NCBI GenBank assembly: GCA_943367705.1
Contig: CALRJV020000002.1
Span: forward strand, 204,895 to 268,894
Direction: 5' to 3'
Length of the DNA stretch: 64,000 nucleotides
Origin: Synechococcus sp. UW140
Lineage (GTDB): Bacteria > Cyanobacteriota > Cyanobacteriia > PCC-6307 > Cyanobiaceae
Position 1 is the first letter of the stretch. Each line of letters starts with the position of its first letter. Below are positions 48,030 through 56,815 of this stretch, one piece after another. A program made the translations under genes and the position numbers. Below the pieces are notes generated by a model that did not search any database, was not told where the DNA came from, and saw nothing but the letters and a program-made list of their open reading frames with translations.

Positions 48030-49079
48030 GTGAGCCGGCACGTCAAGGCCGCCATCGCCGCTCTCCGGGCCACGGGCCGGCGACTGCTCCACGGTTGCCG
48101 CCGCCACCCGATCCTGCTCACGGCCCCCCTGGCCGTCGTGGCGGTGGGGGCCGGTTTCGCCGCCCAGGAGCTGATCCCGGCGGGGGCCTCCCGATCGGAT
48201 CCCGACCTGCTCGAAGCTCTGATCGCCCAGCCCCGGGAGGTCTCCCAACAGGCCACCGATGCCAGCGAAGCCCCCGACAAGGACCTGCTGGCGGCGGCCT
48301 CCCTGCAGGCCCAGCGCACCAGCCTCAGCCATCCCGACCCCGCGCTGGTGGAACCGGAGGCCGGCGCTGAGGTCCCCCTCGAGATCCGGGTGGCCCTGCT
48401 GGGCGCCTCCCCCTCCCCCCGGCTGGGCGCCAGCGGCTACTGGCGACTGGTCGACCGGGATGGCCGTCCCGTCCAGGAGGGTGGCCCCGCTGACTCCCCT
48501 GACCTGGCGGCGGCCATGGCCGGACGGTCCGAGGTCTGGATGGAGACGGGGTCCGACCAGGTCCTGCAGGTGGACGGGCGTCCCTACGAAGGCCGCCTGA
48601 GGGTGCTGCGCGGATCCCAGGGCCTGCAGCTCGTGAACCACCTCTCCCTGGAGCGCTACATCAGCTCGGTAGTGGGGGCCGAAATGCCCAGCGGCTGGCA
48701 CATGGAAGCCCTCAAGGCCCAGGCCGTGGCGGCCCGGTCCTACGCCATGGCCCACATGGCCCGTCCGGCCAGTGCCCACTGGCACCTGGGCGACACCACC
48801 CGCTGGCAGGCCTACCGGGGCCTGGGCAGCGTCAATGCCCGCACCCGCCAGGCCACCGCCAGCACCTCCGGGGTGATCCTCAGCTACCAGGGGGGCATCG
48901 TTGAAAGCCTCTACGCGGCCACCAACCGCATCACCCAGGAGGCCCATGGTCACCTGGGGGCCAGCATGAGCCAGCACGGCGCCCAGGATCTGGCGGAGCA
49001 GGGACTGCGGTACAACGAGATCCTTGGGCGTTACTACCGGGGCGCCTCCCTGGCCCGACTGCAGGCCGGTGCGAGCTGA
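48030..49079 (+). CDS. SpoIID/LytB domain protein
   Basis: YEGRLR, VNHLSLERYISSVVGAEMP..W..EALKAQAVAARSYA, MSQHGA, EIL..YY. Confidence 0.88.
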   Translation: MSRHVKAAIAALRATGRRLLHGCRRHPILLTAPLAVVAVGAGFAAQELIPAGASRSDPDLLEALIAQPREVSQQATDASEAPDKDLLAAASLQAQRTSLSHPDPALVEPEAGAEVPLEIRVALLGASPSPRLGASGYWRLVDRDGRPVQEGGPADSPDLAAAMAGRSEVWMETGSDQVLQVDGRPYEGRLRVLRGSQGLQLVNHLSLERYISSVVGAEMPSGWHMEALKAQAVAARSYAMAHMARPASAHWHLGDTTRWQAYRGLGSVNARTRQATASTSGVILSYQGGIVESLYAATNRITQEAHGHLGASMSQHGAQDLAEQGLRYNEILGRYYRGASLARLQAGAS

Positions 49080-49899
49080 GCGCCATTGGCAACGGGCCCG
49101 TGAGGTCTCGGAGCTGGCCCGCCGCCAGGGGGCCCTAGTGCCCCTCGACACACGTGTCCTGCCGGGTCCCGGCATGGAGCCCTTCGTCCTGCGCGAGCTC
49201 CTGTCCTCCACGCCCCGGCACCTGCGCCAGGGGGGACCCCGGCCCAATCCGTTCCTGCCCTGGGACAGGCCTCTGCAGGTGGAGCTGCTTGAGCCGGCCC
49301 ATGTGCTGCTGCTGAACAAGTACCCGGTGCAGGAGGCCCACCTGCTGGTGATCACCCGTGACTGGCGCCCCCAGGGCGGCTGGATCGAGCCACCCGACTG
49401 GCAGGCGGTGGCCCAGGTGGGCCGGGACACCGGTGGCCTGTGGTTCTTCAACAGCGGCGCCCGCTCCGGCGCCAGCCAGCCCCATCGCCATCTCCAGCTG
49501 CTACCGCGCCGACCCGGCGAGCCCAGTTGCCCCCTGGCGCCGCTGTTTCTGGAGCAGCTGGAGACGGGGGAGCCCGCCTGGAGCTGGGCCTACCGACTCA
49601 GCCGGCGCACCGACCCTGCGGGTGGCTCCGATCTGGAGGGCATTTACCACGCCCATGCCCGGGCCCTGGGGCTGGGGGAACCGGGCCGCGACGGCGAGCC
49701 CCTGCACCCCTACAACCTGCTGTTCGACGACGACTGGTTCCTGACCGTGCGCCGGGTGCGGGAGCACGGGGCCGGATTCAGCGTCAATGCCCTGGGCTTC
49801 GCCGGTTTCCTTCTGATCACCGAGGGCTCCGACAGGGGCTGGCTGGAACGCCACGGTCCCTGGGCCCTGCTGAAGGACGTGGCGGCCCCCGCTGTCTGA
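49069..49899 (+). CDS. ATP adenylyltransferase / Ap4A phosphorylase
   Basis: NPFLP, LLNKYPV, FFNSGARSGASQPHRHLQ, SVNALGFAG. Confidence 0.88.
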   Translation: MRAERHWQRAREVSELARRQGALVPLDTRVLPGPGMEPFVLRELLSSTPRHLRQGGPRPNPFLPWDRPLQVELLEPAHVLLLNKYPVQEAHLLVITRDWRPQGGWIEPPDWQAVAQVGRDTGGLWFFNSGARSGASQPHRHLQLLPRRPGEPSCPLAPLFLEQLETGEPAWSWAYRLSRRTDPAGGSDLEGIYHAHARALGLGEPGRDGEPLHPYNLLFDDDWFLTVRRVREHGAGFSVNALGFAGFLLITEGSDRGWLERHGPWALLKDVAAPAV

Positions 49900-50069
49900 G
49901 CCAGGCCATCCCGGGGCCCGGGACCCGGATCGGGAAACTTCCGTGTTTCCACGGTTGTGCGTTCCGCTCCTCCTGGCCCTCTCTGGAAAAGGAGCGCACC
50001 GCCAGCCGTCATCGGCGCCGCGGCCCGCCCTGCTTCCACGACATCGCCGACGCACCAGGCCCCACGACC

Positions 50070-50834
50070 ATGGCCCCCTCCCCCTCCAGCCGCCAGACCC
50101 TTCCCTCCCCCGCCGCCCGCCGCAACCGGCGGGTGGAGCAGTACCGGGCCGTGGTCCGCCCCCTGGCGCTGCACTACGCCCGCTGCAGCCGGGAATCCTT
50201 CGAGGATCTGCTCCAGGTGGGCCTGATGGGGTTGATCCGGGCCGCCGAGCTCTACAGCGACGATCGCCGTACCCCGTTCGAGGCCTTCGCCCGGCCCCAC
50301 ATCCGCGGGGCGATTCTCCACTACCTGCGGGATGCATCCCCGGTGGTGCGGCTGCCGCGGCGCCAGGCGGAGCTCCAGGAGCGCTTCAACCGCCTCAGCC
50401 GTCACCCCTCCTTGCTGACCGATCCCGGCCGGGCGATCACGCAGCTGAGCCGGACCCTTGGCGTCACCCCGACGGAATGGCGCCGGCTGGAAGTGCAGCG
50501 TCTGCTGGCCAGGCCCGCCAATCTCGATGATCCGGCACTGGTCGAGGCCGTGGCCGCCAGCACCGCCCATGAATCGTGCCGGCAGGAGGAGGCGGGGCCG
50601 TCGGTGGCGATGCTGCTGGGCTTGTTGGAGCCACGCCAGCAGCTGGTGGTGCGCCAGGTGGTTCTGGCGGGCTGGAGCTACAGACGGCTCGGGCGGCAGA
50701 TGGAGGTGAGCCCGATGACGGTGAAACGGCTGCTGCACAAGGGACTGGAGCAGCTGCGACTGGAGCTCGATGCCCGTGGACTCACCCCTGGGGATCGACC
50801 TGATCGCGGTGCATCTGCTGTTCCAGGGTGCTGA
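50070..50834 (+). CDS. sigF: Group 3 RNA polymerase sigma factor, SigF/SigB-like
   Basis: Region 2 EDLLQVGLMGLIRAAELY...FARPHIRGAILHYLRD...VRLPR; region 4 HTH SYRRLGRQMEVSPMTVKR. Confidence 0.75.
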   Translation: MAPSPSSRQTLPSPAARRNRRVEQYRAVVRPLALHYARCSRESFEDLLQVGLMGLIRAAELYSDDRRTPFEAFARPHIRGAILHYLRDASPVVRLPRRQAELQERFNRLSRHPSLLTDPGRAITQLSRTLGVTPTEWRRLEVQRLLARPANLDDPALVEAVAASTAHESCRQEEAGPSVAMLLGLLEPRQQLVVRQVVLAGWSYRRLGRQMEVSPMTVKRLLHKGLEQLRLELDARGLTPGDRPDRGASAVPGC

Positions 50835-50973
50835 TGGCGGCATTCATCGCGGCCAGCTGACGCTCGATGCCATCGCGCCAGAAGCTGAGCAGGCGCAGCT
50901 TGCGTTCCTGATACCGCCGCAGGGCGCTGGCTCCGGACTCCGACCCGGAGCAGTACCCGAAGGGAGGAATCAT
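50782..50973 (-). CDS. Small coiled-coil hypothetical protein (63 aa) overlapping the sigma factor 3' end
   Basis: MIPPFG...YQERKLRLLSFWRDGIERQLAAMNAAISTLEQQM with heptad pattern; 3' part of ORF 50782..51144. Confidence 0.6.
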   Translation of the reverse strand: MIPPFGYCSGSESGASALRRYQERKLRLLSFWRDGIERQLAAMNAAISTLEQQMHRDQVDPQG

Positions 50974-51115
50974 GACAAAATCTGCAGAGTGGGACCGTTC
51001 TAGCGAGCCCGTCGTTCCATCCGGGGCTGCCAAGTCCACGCACCCCCCAACGGTTGGGCCTGCCGTATCCCGCCTTACCGTCCTCTGGCCACCCACACCA
51101 CCAGCCTGTCGCAAT

Positions 51116-52774
51116 TTGAGATCAGTCCCCCCCATTGGTCCCATCGGTGTCTGGCTGACACTGGGTCTGGGCCTGGTGCTGGCGCAGCCCGCCCACGCCT
51201 ACGTGGCCCTGATGGCGGGCCAGAAAGCCCGGCCGCTGAACGGCACCTTCAACAGCGTGCCTGTGCTGCACTCCAACCAGCCGGAGGAGGTGGAGGGGCC
51301 GGGGATCCTGATCAACACGGCGCCCGGCTACGCCTATGCCGCGGAGACGGGCCAGCCCCTGCGCAATGCGGAGTTCACCTTCAACGGGGAATTCGGCATG
51401 CACCTGCACCACAAGTATTTCCCCCCCAACCGCCGCTCCATCGCCCCTGGCGCCCGACGGGCGGAACTGACCCTGGCGGCGATCCTGATCAATCCGGGCG
51501 TGCGTCCGGTCCACATCCGCTTCGAGAAGGGGGCGGTGCGCAACAGCTTCGAGGCCCCCTACCTCGCCAACAACCTGATGGGGGTCAAGCCGCTTGGGCC
51601 CCGTCCCTGGAACACCGGACCCGGTGATGCCACCGCTGTCCAGATGCTGCGAGGCCGCCTGGACAGCCGACTGAGCGACGAGATCACGATCCCGGCCCGC
51701 AGTCGCATCGTGCTGTTCCAGACCCAGCTGCCGGCCCTGGGCATCGCCAACGCCCTGCTGCGCGGCCGCAGCGACGGCCCCTTCCAGATCGCCGTGGTGG
51801 CCGCCAAGGAGCGCGACACCGACAGCGAAGTGCTGGCGGTGCTGGATGAGGGCCGGCTTGCGCCCGGCCGGGTTTACCTGAGTCGGATCAACGACATCCA
51901 CAACCGGCGCATCTTCTCCCGGGTGGGCGGCGTCGCCCTCGGTGATGCCTATCAGGCCTCGATCAGCCACGACCTCGACGTCAAGGGGCCGCTGCACGTG
52001 CCCTTCACCAGCACCGACCGGCACAACTTCGGCACCCGCGACGTGCAGGTCAACGCCCTGGCCAGCCGCATGGTCGATTCCTCCCTTGACAACGTCGGCA
52101 CCTACGGGGTGCGCTTCGACATCGACCTGAACCTCAAGGGCAACGGCCCCTACGAGCTGGTGATGAGCCACCCCACCCTGATCGGCGGCCAGCCGTTCAC
52201 GGCCTTCCGGGGCTCCATCCAGATCCAGACCCCCGCCGGCCTGCGGGAGGTGCATGTGGGGCTGCGATCGGGGCAGAGCCTGTCCCTGGGTCAGATCGAT
52301 CTCACGCCAGGGGTCGTGAACCCCGTGCGGGTCAGCCTCGTCTACCCGGCCGATGCCACCCCGGGCCATCTGCTGAGCGTGGTGAGCGCCAGCCAGCTGG
52401 CCATGGTCCAGGAACGGGAACGGCAGCTGGAACTGGCCCGGGCCGGTGCCACGGTCCGGCCGGGCCCGCCGCCCGTCGCCCCTCCGGCGATCACCACCCT
52501 GCCACCGGCCGTCACGATCAGCCCGACGCCGATGGGGGGAGGGACCGGCCCCCTGCTGCCTCCGGCCCAGATCCTCCGCCCGTCGCCGGCCCCCGGCTGG
52601 CTGACGCCGCCGCCGCCGCTGCCCTCCTCCAACCGCGGTGTCCTGGCCCCGTCCCCCATGATCACGCCGATGCGCAGCCGCTCCGGCACCGCCGGCGGCG
52701 GATCGCTGGTGGATCGGTACCGCGAAGCTGTGGAGGCCCAGCAGCAGTTCCTGCGGGAGCAGCGGGGACCCTGA
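51116..52774 (+). CDS. DUF3370 family exported protein with Pro-rich tail (start uncertain)
   Basis: Signal-like WLTLGLGLVLAQPAHA, PVLHSNQPEEV.GPGILI, GTYGVRF, FRG, YPADATP, recalled as DUF3370. Confidence 0.7.
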   Translation: MRSVPPIGPIGVWLTLGLGLVLAQPAHAYVALMAGQKARPLNGTFNSVPVLHSNQPEEVEGPGILINTAPGYAYAAETGQPLRNAEFTFNGEFGMHLHHKYFPPNRRSIAPGARRAELTLAAILINPGVRPVHIRFEKGAVRNSFEAPYLANNLMGVKPLGPRPWNTGPGDATAVQMLRGRLDSRLSDEITIPARSRIVLFQTQLPALGIANALLRGRSDGPFQIAVVAAKERDTDSEVLAVLDEGRLAPGRVYLSRINDIHNRRIFSRVGGVALGDAYQASISHDLDVKGPLHVPFTSTDRHNFGTRDVQVNALASRMVDSSLDNVGTYGVRFDIDLNLKGNGPYELVMSHPTLIGGQPFTAFRGSIQIQTPAGLREVHVGLRSGQSLSLGQIDLTPGVVNPVRVSLVYPADATPGHLLSVVSASQLAMVQERERQLELARAGATVRPGPPPVAPPAITTLPPAVTISPTPMGGGTGPLLPPAQILRPSPAPGWLTPPPPLPSSNRGVLAPSPMITPMRSRSGTAGGGSLVDRYREAVEAQQQFLREQRGP

Positions 52775-52819
52775 CCAGCCGCCCGATGTCAGCGAAACCA
52801 GCACCGATGGAGCGCTGCC

Positions 52820-53902
52820 GTGGCTGAGAAGTCGAACGACGCCCGCCAGCGGATCAGTCTCGACCTCACCCGGGAGCTGGTGGCCCACCTGGATCACCTG
52901 CGGCGTGAGTGGGGCATCCGCAGCCGGGGCGATGTGCTCGAGCGTCTGCTCGACGATCTGTTCGGCTCCGGTGAGGAGGGGGACGGAGAGGCTGAGGGCG
53001 ATGGCCTTCGCATTGGCGATGCCGGTGGGGGCCTTGGGCTGGCGCCGGAAGGCAGATCAGCCCAGCGTCACGACGATGACGAGCGGGAGCTGGAGGAACA
53101 GGGGGCCCTGGTGCTGGTGGGACGGGGGGCGATGGACACCCTGCAGGCGGAATTCGAGTGGGAAGCTCCGGCAGAGCACCCACCGCGCCCTCAGCCCGCT
53201 GGCGGGGGCATCGATCTACCCGGCTTCGTGCGGCGCCGCTCCGATGTGCTCAAGCGCAGCCTGCGGCCCACGGCGCGCCAGAGTGCGGTGCCCCTGCCCC
53301 TGACGCCCCTGCCTCCCCTCGGTGGCGAGGTGGTGCAGCAGGCGATGGAGGAAGCCGGCAACCATTGGCGCACGCTCTATGGATCGCCGGCCAACGAAGC
53401 GGTGCTGGAGGCGGCCATGCTGTGGTTGGCCCAGGACATCTGGCCCCAGTCGGACCAGAGCGATGGCCGGACCTTCACCTGGTCGGGCGCCTGCCAGGTG
53501 ATGCAGCAATTCGTTCCCGGCTGGAGCGATGGCCCACCGACGTTCGAGCGGGTGATGGTGACCGCCGGTGTGCTGGAAGACCCCTTCAGTGGTTCCACCC
53601 TGAGTCTGCGGATCCCGACCCTGATCCGGCGCTTCGTGCACCGTTTCCGCCGCCGTCGGCGGGGCACGTCCTTCCAGACGCTGGAGCACACCATGACCCT
53701 GCACGGCGCCCTGCGGCTCTTGCAGTTGCCCACCGATCCCGGCCAGCGCCTGACCCTGGGGCAGATCCGCGAGGCCTACCGGGACATGGCCCAGAGTCAC
53801 CACCCCGACGCCGGCGGATCGGTGGAGGCGATGCGGCGCCTCAACGAGGCCTATCAGCTGCTCAAGGAGCTCTATCGGCAGGGTGCCGCGAGCGACCGCT
53901 GA
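52820..53902 (+). CDS. J-domain (DnaJ-type) protein with N-terminal ribbon-helix-helix-like segment
   Basis: C-terminal IREAYRDMAQSHHPDAGG...NEAYQLL; N-terminal RISLDLTRELVAHLDHLRREWGIRSRGDVLERLL. Confidence 0.8.
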   Translation: MAEKSNDARQRISLDLTRELVAHLDHLRREWGIRSRGDVLERLLDDLFGSGEEGDGEAEGDGLRIGDAGGGLGLAPEGRSAQRHDDDERELEEQGALVLVGRGAMDTLQAEFEWEAPAEHPPRPQPAGGGIDLPGFVRRRSDVLKRSLRPTARQSAVPLPLTPLPPLGGEVVQQAMEEAGNHWRTLYGSPANEAVLEAAMLWLAQDIWPQSDQSDGRTFTWSGACQVMQQFVPGWSDGPPTFERVMVTAGVLEDPFSGSTLSLRIPTLIRRFVHRFRRRRRGTSFQTLEHTMTLHGALRLLQLPTDPGQRLTLGQIREAYRDMAQSHHPDAGGSVEAMRRLNEAYQLLKELYRQGAASDR

Positions 53903-54703
53903 TTTCACGGTGCGCACCGATCGGGGGCGTCGTCAGTGCCCCAGGCGTCTTAGTTGAGACAACTATCTGGTCTAGGAGTTGGTCCCATGACAGAGCATTG
54001 GGATGGATGGCAGCCATCGCCAGAGCGCTCTTTTCTCAGGAGACCCACATGAGACCTGCAGTGTGTCTCGGAGCGGGACTTGCTCGCCATCTGCAAGAAC
54101 GTGATTTTTCGTCGATTTCATTTGTGATGAGTGACTCATCCCACCTCCTGGCCGTTGCCGACACTGGACGACCGATGGATCTCAGACGCAGTGGCTGTCC
54201 AAGGGCGCCTGCCCAGAACGATGGCAATGTCCACGGTTTGGACAGTGCCTAAGAAGCCCTGGCCCAACAGTCTTCTGGATGCCAGCGTATCTGTCTTTGA
54301 CACAGATACGCAGCTTTAATCGATGGTCTGAAGCGATCGATCCCGGGCCAGCCGCTCGAAAACCCCCAGGGGGAGAGCCATCGTCAAAGGGTTTGTCCGC
54401 CTGCATGCACAGGCCCTGCCACATGCACTTCGGATATCTCGGTTGAGTGTTGCCATGGGACCGGCTATGCGACCAATCTGAGACGGCAGAGGAACTGGGG
54501 CTGGATCCGCCTCCCACGCACCACAAACCGCCATCCGATGAACACGCCAGCGACAACACCGTCCAGATGTCGCAGCTGAACGGAGTGGGTCTCATGCCAG
54601 GACCAGGAGAGAGTCCCGTCTGAGAACCATGGAGCACCCTTGCCGCTGCACGGGGGATCGTCCGCGCGCCACCGGCGGACATCGCTCCCATCGCTGTCTC
54701 CAC

Positions 54704-54731
54704 AAAAAACCCCGTCACGAATGTGACGGGG
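54704..54731 (-). terminator. Rho-independent terminator downstream of apcD
   Basis: Minus strand CCCCGTCAC-ATTC-GTGACGGGG followed by TTTTTT. Confidence 0.88.
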
Positions 54732-54827
54732 CGAAGGGTTCGAAGGCTCACGGAGACTTGATTGTTCGTCTCACGCCGGACCCACTGTCAGACCAGCCAT
54801 TGGACCAGAGTGGGACGGCCGGAACGC

Positions 54828-55322
54828 TCAGGTGGAGGTCTGGAGTCCCTGGATCAGATAATCGAAGTAGGGCCCGGCCAGGGTCGCTTCCTCGGCCCCG
54901 AGCAGCACCAGGGCCGCGTCCTTGAGGGTGCGCATCGCCTCGACCATGCCGGGCAGGGGTACGCCGAGGCTGTTGTACATCTCGCGGGCGCCCACCACGC
55001 CGATCTGCTGGATCAGCTCGGTGCTGCCGGCCAGGATGCCGTAGGTGACCAGCCGCAGATACCAGCTGTAATCCCGCAGGCACTGGGCGCGTTGCTTCTG
55101 GCCGAAGGCGTTGCCGCCGGGAGCCACGTAGTCCGGCTTGCGCAGGAACAGTTGCTTGGAGGCCTCGGCGACGATCTTCTTCTCGTTGTCGGTCAGCACC
55201 CGGACAACACTCAGCCGGCGGGCCCCGCCGCTGAGGAACTCCACCATCGTGCGCAACTCGCCGCCGGTGGGATAGCGGAGCTGATCATCAGCCTGGAGGA
55301 TCAGATCGCGAACGACGCTCAT
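54828..55322 (-). CDS. apcD: Allophycocyanin-B alpha subunit
   Basis: MSVVRDLILQADDQLRYP..GEL, PGGNAFG, CLRDYSWYLRLVTYG, MYNSLGVP. Confidence 0.93.
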   Translation of the reverse strand: MSVVRDLILQADDQLRYPTGGELRTMVEFLSGGARRLSVVRVLTDNEKKIVAEASKQLFLRKPDYVAPGGNAFGQKQRAQCLRDYSWYLRLVTYGILAGSTELIQQIGVVGAREMYNSLGVPLPGMVEAMRTLKDAALVLLGAEEATLAGPYFDYLIQGLQTST

Positions 55323-55444
55323 AGCAGCGACCACAGTCGGGCGAATCCTATCGAGCCCGAAGCCTCCACCAGGGCTCCGGGTGCAAGGTGTAACGCCCCT
55401 TTGCACGACCCCCGATAGGGTCGCAGCAGTGCTGCGGATCGCAG

Positions 55445-56815
55445 ATGGCCTCGGTGGGCGACAGGCTTCAGCTGGAGATCACCGACCTGGGCCATGACGG
55501 GCAGGGGGTGGGGCGCCACGACGGGCAGGTGGTGTTCGTCAGTGGCGCCCTTCCCGGGGACACCGTGCAGGTGCGCCTGCAGGCGGTGGCGCGGCGCCAT
55601 CTTGTGGGTCAGCTGCAGCGGGTGCTGACGCCCTCGCCCGACCGCCGCCGGCCCCCCTGCATCCTGGCTGACAACTGCGGCGGCTGCAGCCTCCAGCCCC
55701 TGGATGACGGGGCCCAGGCCGCCTGGAAGCAGCGCAGCCTGGAGCAGACCCTGCAGCGCATCGGCGGCCAGAGCGCCCCGGTGCGGCCGCTGCTGGCGGC
55801 CGATCCGACCCTCGGCTACCGCAACCGCGCCCTGATTCCCCTGGAGCGTCGGGCCGATGGCCGCCTGCGGGCCGGGTACTACCGCCGGGGCTCGCACCAG
55901 ATCGTCAACATGGCTCGCTGCCCGGTGCTCGACCCGCGCATCGATGCCCTGATCGCCCCCCTCAAGGCCGACATCGAAGCCAGCGACTGGCCGATCGATC
56001 GCCACGGCAACGACTCCCTGGCCGTGGAGGGTCCCGGTCTGCGCCACCTGGGCCTGCGGGTGGGGGCGGCCACCGGGGAGCTGCTCATCACCCTGATCAG
56101 CAGCCATGACGACCTGCCCGGCCTCGAGGCCCTGGCCGAGGCCTGGTGCGAACGCTGGCCCGAACTGGTGGGTGTCTGCCTCAACCTCCAGCCCCTGCCC
56201 ACCAATCGCCTGATGGGCGACGAGACCCGGGTGATCCGCGGCCGGGAGTGGCTCCACGAGATCTTCGCCGGCCTGCGCTTCCGCATCGCTGCCGACACCT
56301 TCTTCCAGGTGAACACCGGCCAGGCCGAACGGCTGGTTCCCCATCTGATCGAAGCCCTGGGGCCCGCTCCCGCCGGCGGCTCCCTGCTCGATGCCTACTG
56401 CGGCATCGGCACCTACAGCCTGCCCCTGGCGGCCGCCGGCTGGCAGGTCAGCGGCCTGGAGCTGCACGAGGGCTCGGTGGCCCTGGCCCGGCTGAATGCC
56501 TCCGCCAACGGGCTGGAGGAACGGACGGACTTCGAGCAGGCCGACGTGCCCCTGGTGCTGGAGGAGCGCCTCCAGGGGGTGCAGGCCCTGGTGCTGGATC
56601 CGCCCCGCAAGGGGCTGAATCCGGTCGCCATCGCGGCGATCCTGGCGGCGCGACCGGATCGGATCGCCTACGTGAGCTGTGATCCGGCGGCCCTGGCCCG
56701 GGACCTGGCCCAGCTGTGCGGCTCAGGGGTCTACCGGCTGAACTGGGTGCAGCCCGTCGACTTCTTCCCCAACACCAGCCACGTGGAGGCCCTGGCGGCC
56801 CTGGAGCGCCTCTAG
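55445..56815 (+). CDS. rlmD: 23S rRNA (uracil1939-C5)-methyltransferase
   Basis: TRAM N-terminus, CILADNCGGC Fe-S motif, FFQVN, LDAYCGIG, DPPRKG, YVSCDP, DFFPNTSHVE. Confidence 0.93.
   Translation: MASVGDRLQLEITDLGHDGQGVGRHDGQVVFVSGALPGDTVQVRLQAVARRHLVGQLQRVLTPSPDRRRPPCILADNCGGCSLQPLDDGAQAAWKQRSLEQTLQRIGGQSAPVRPLLAADPTLGYRNRALIPLERRADGRLRAGYYRRGSHQIVNMARCPVLDPRIDALIAPLKADIEASDWPIDRHGNDSLAVEGPGLRHLGLRVGAATGELLITLISSHDDLPGLEALAEAWCERWPELVGVCLNLQPLPTNRLMGDETRVIRGREWLHEIFAGLRFRIAADTFFQVNTGQAERLVPHLIEALGPAPAGGSLLDAYCGIGTYSLPLAAAGWQVSGLELHEGSVALARLNASANGLEERTDFEQADVPLVLEERLQGVQALVLDPPRKGLNPVAIAAILAARPDRIAYVSCDPAALARDLAQLCGSGVYRLNWVQPVDFFPNTSHVEALAALERL

Noticed and set aside
46200-49451. 1083-aa ORF as one giant protein
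   Set aside because: Only the last 242 codons (from ATG 46928) encode an SDR. The rest is antisense to gpsA, the SpoIID-like gene and the Ap4A phosphorylase.
54007-54319. Small ORFs 54007..54252 and 54131..54319 as genes
   Set aside because: Atypical codon usage, weak start context and no recognisable motif. Mentioned only as candidates within the low-GC island.
53940-54780. CRISPR-like or regular repeat array suggested by recurring GAGAC/GTCTC words
   Set aside because: The matches are only 5-6 nt, irregularly spaced, in both orientations, and there are no cas genes.
54704-54830. 6S RNA or tRNA downstream of apcD
   Set aside because: It folds as separate short hairpins rather than a long rod with a central bubble, and has no cloverleaf or T-loop consensus. 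An Rfam scan would settle it.
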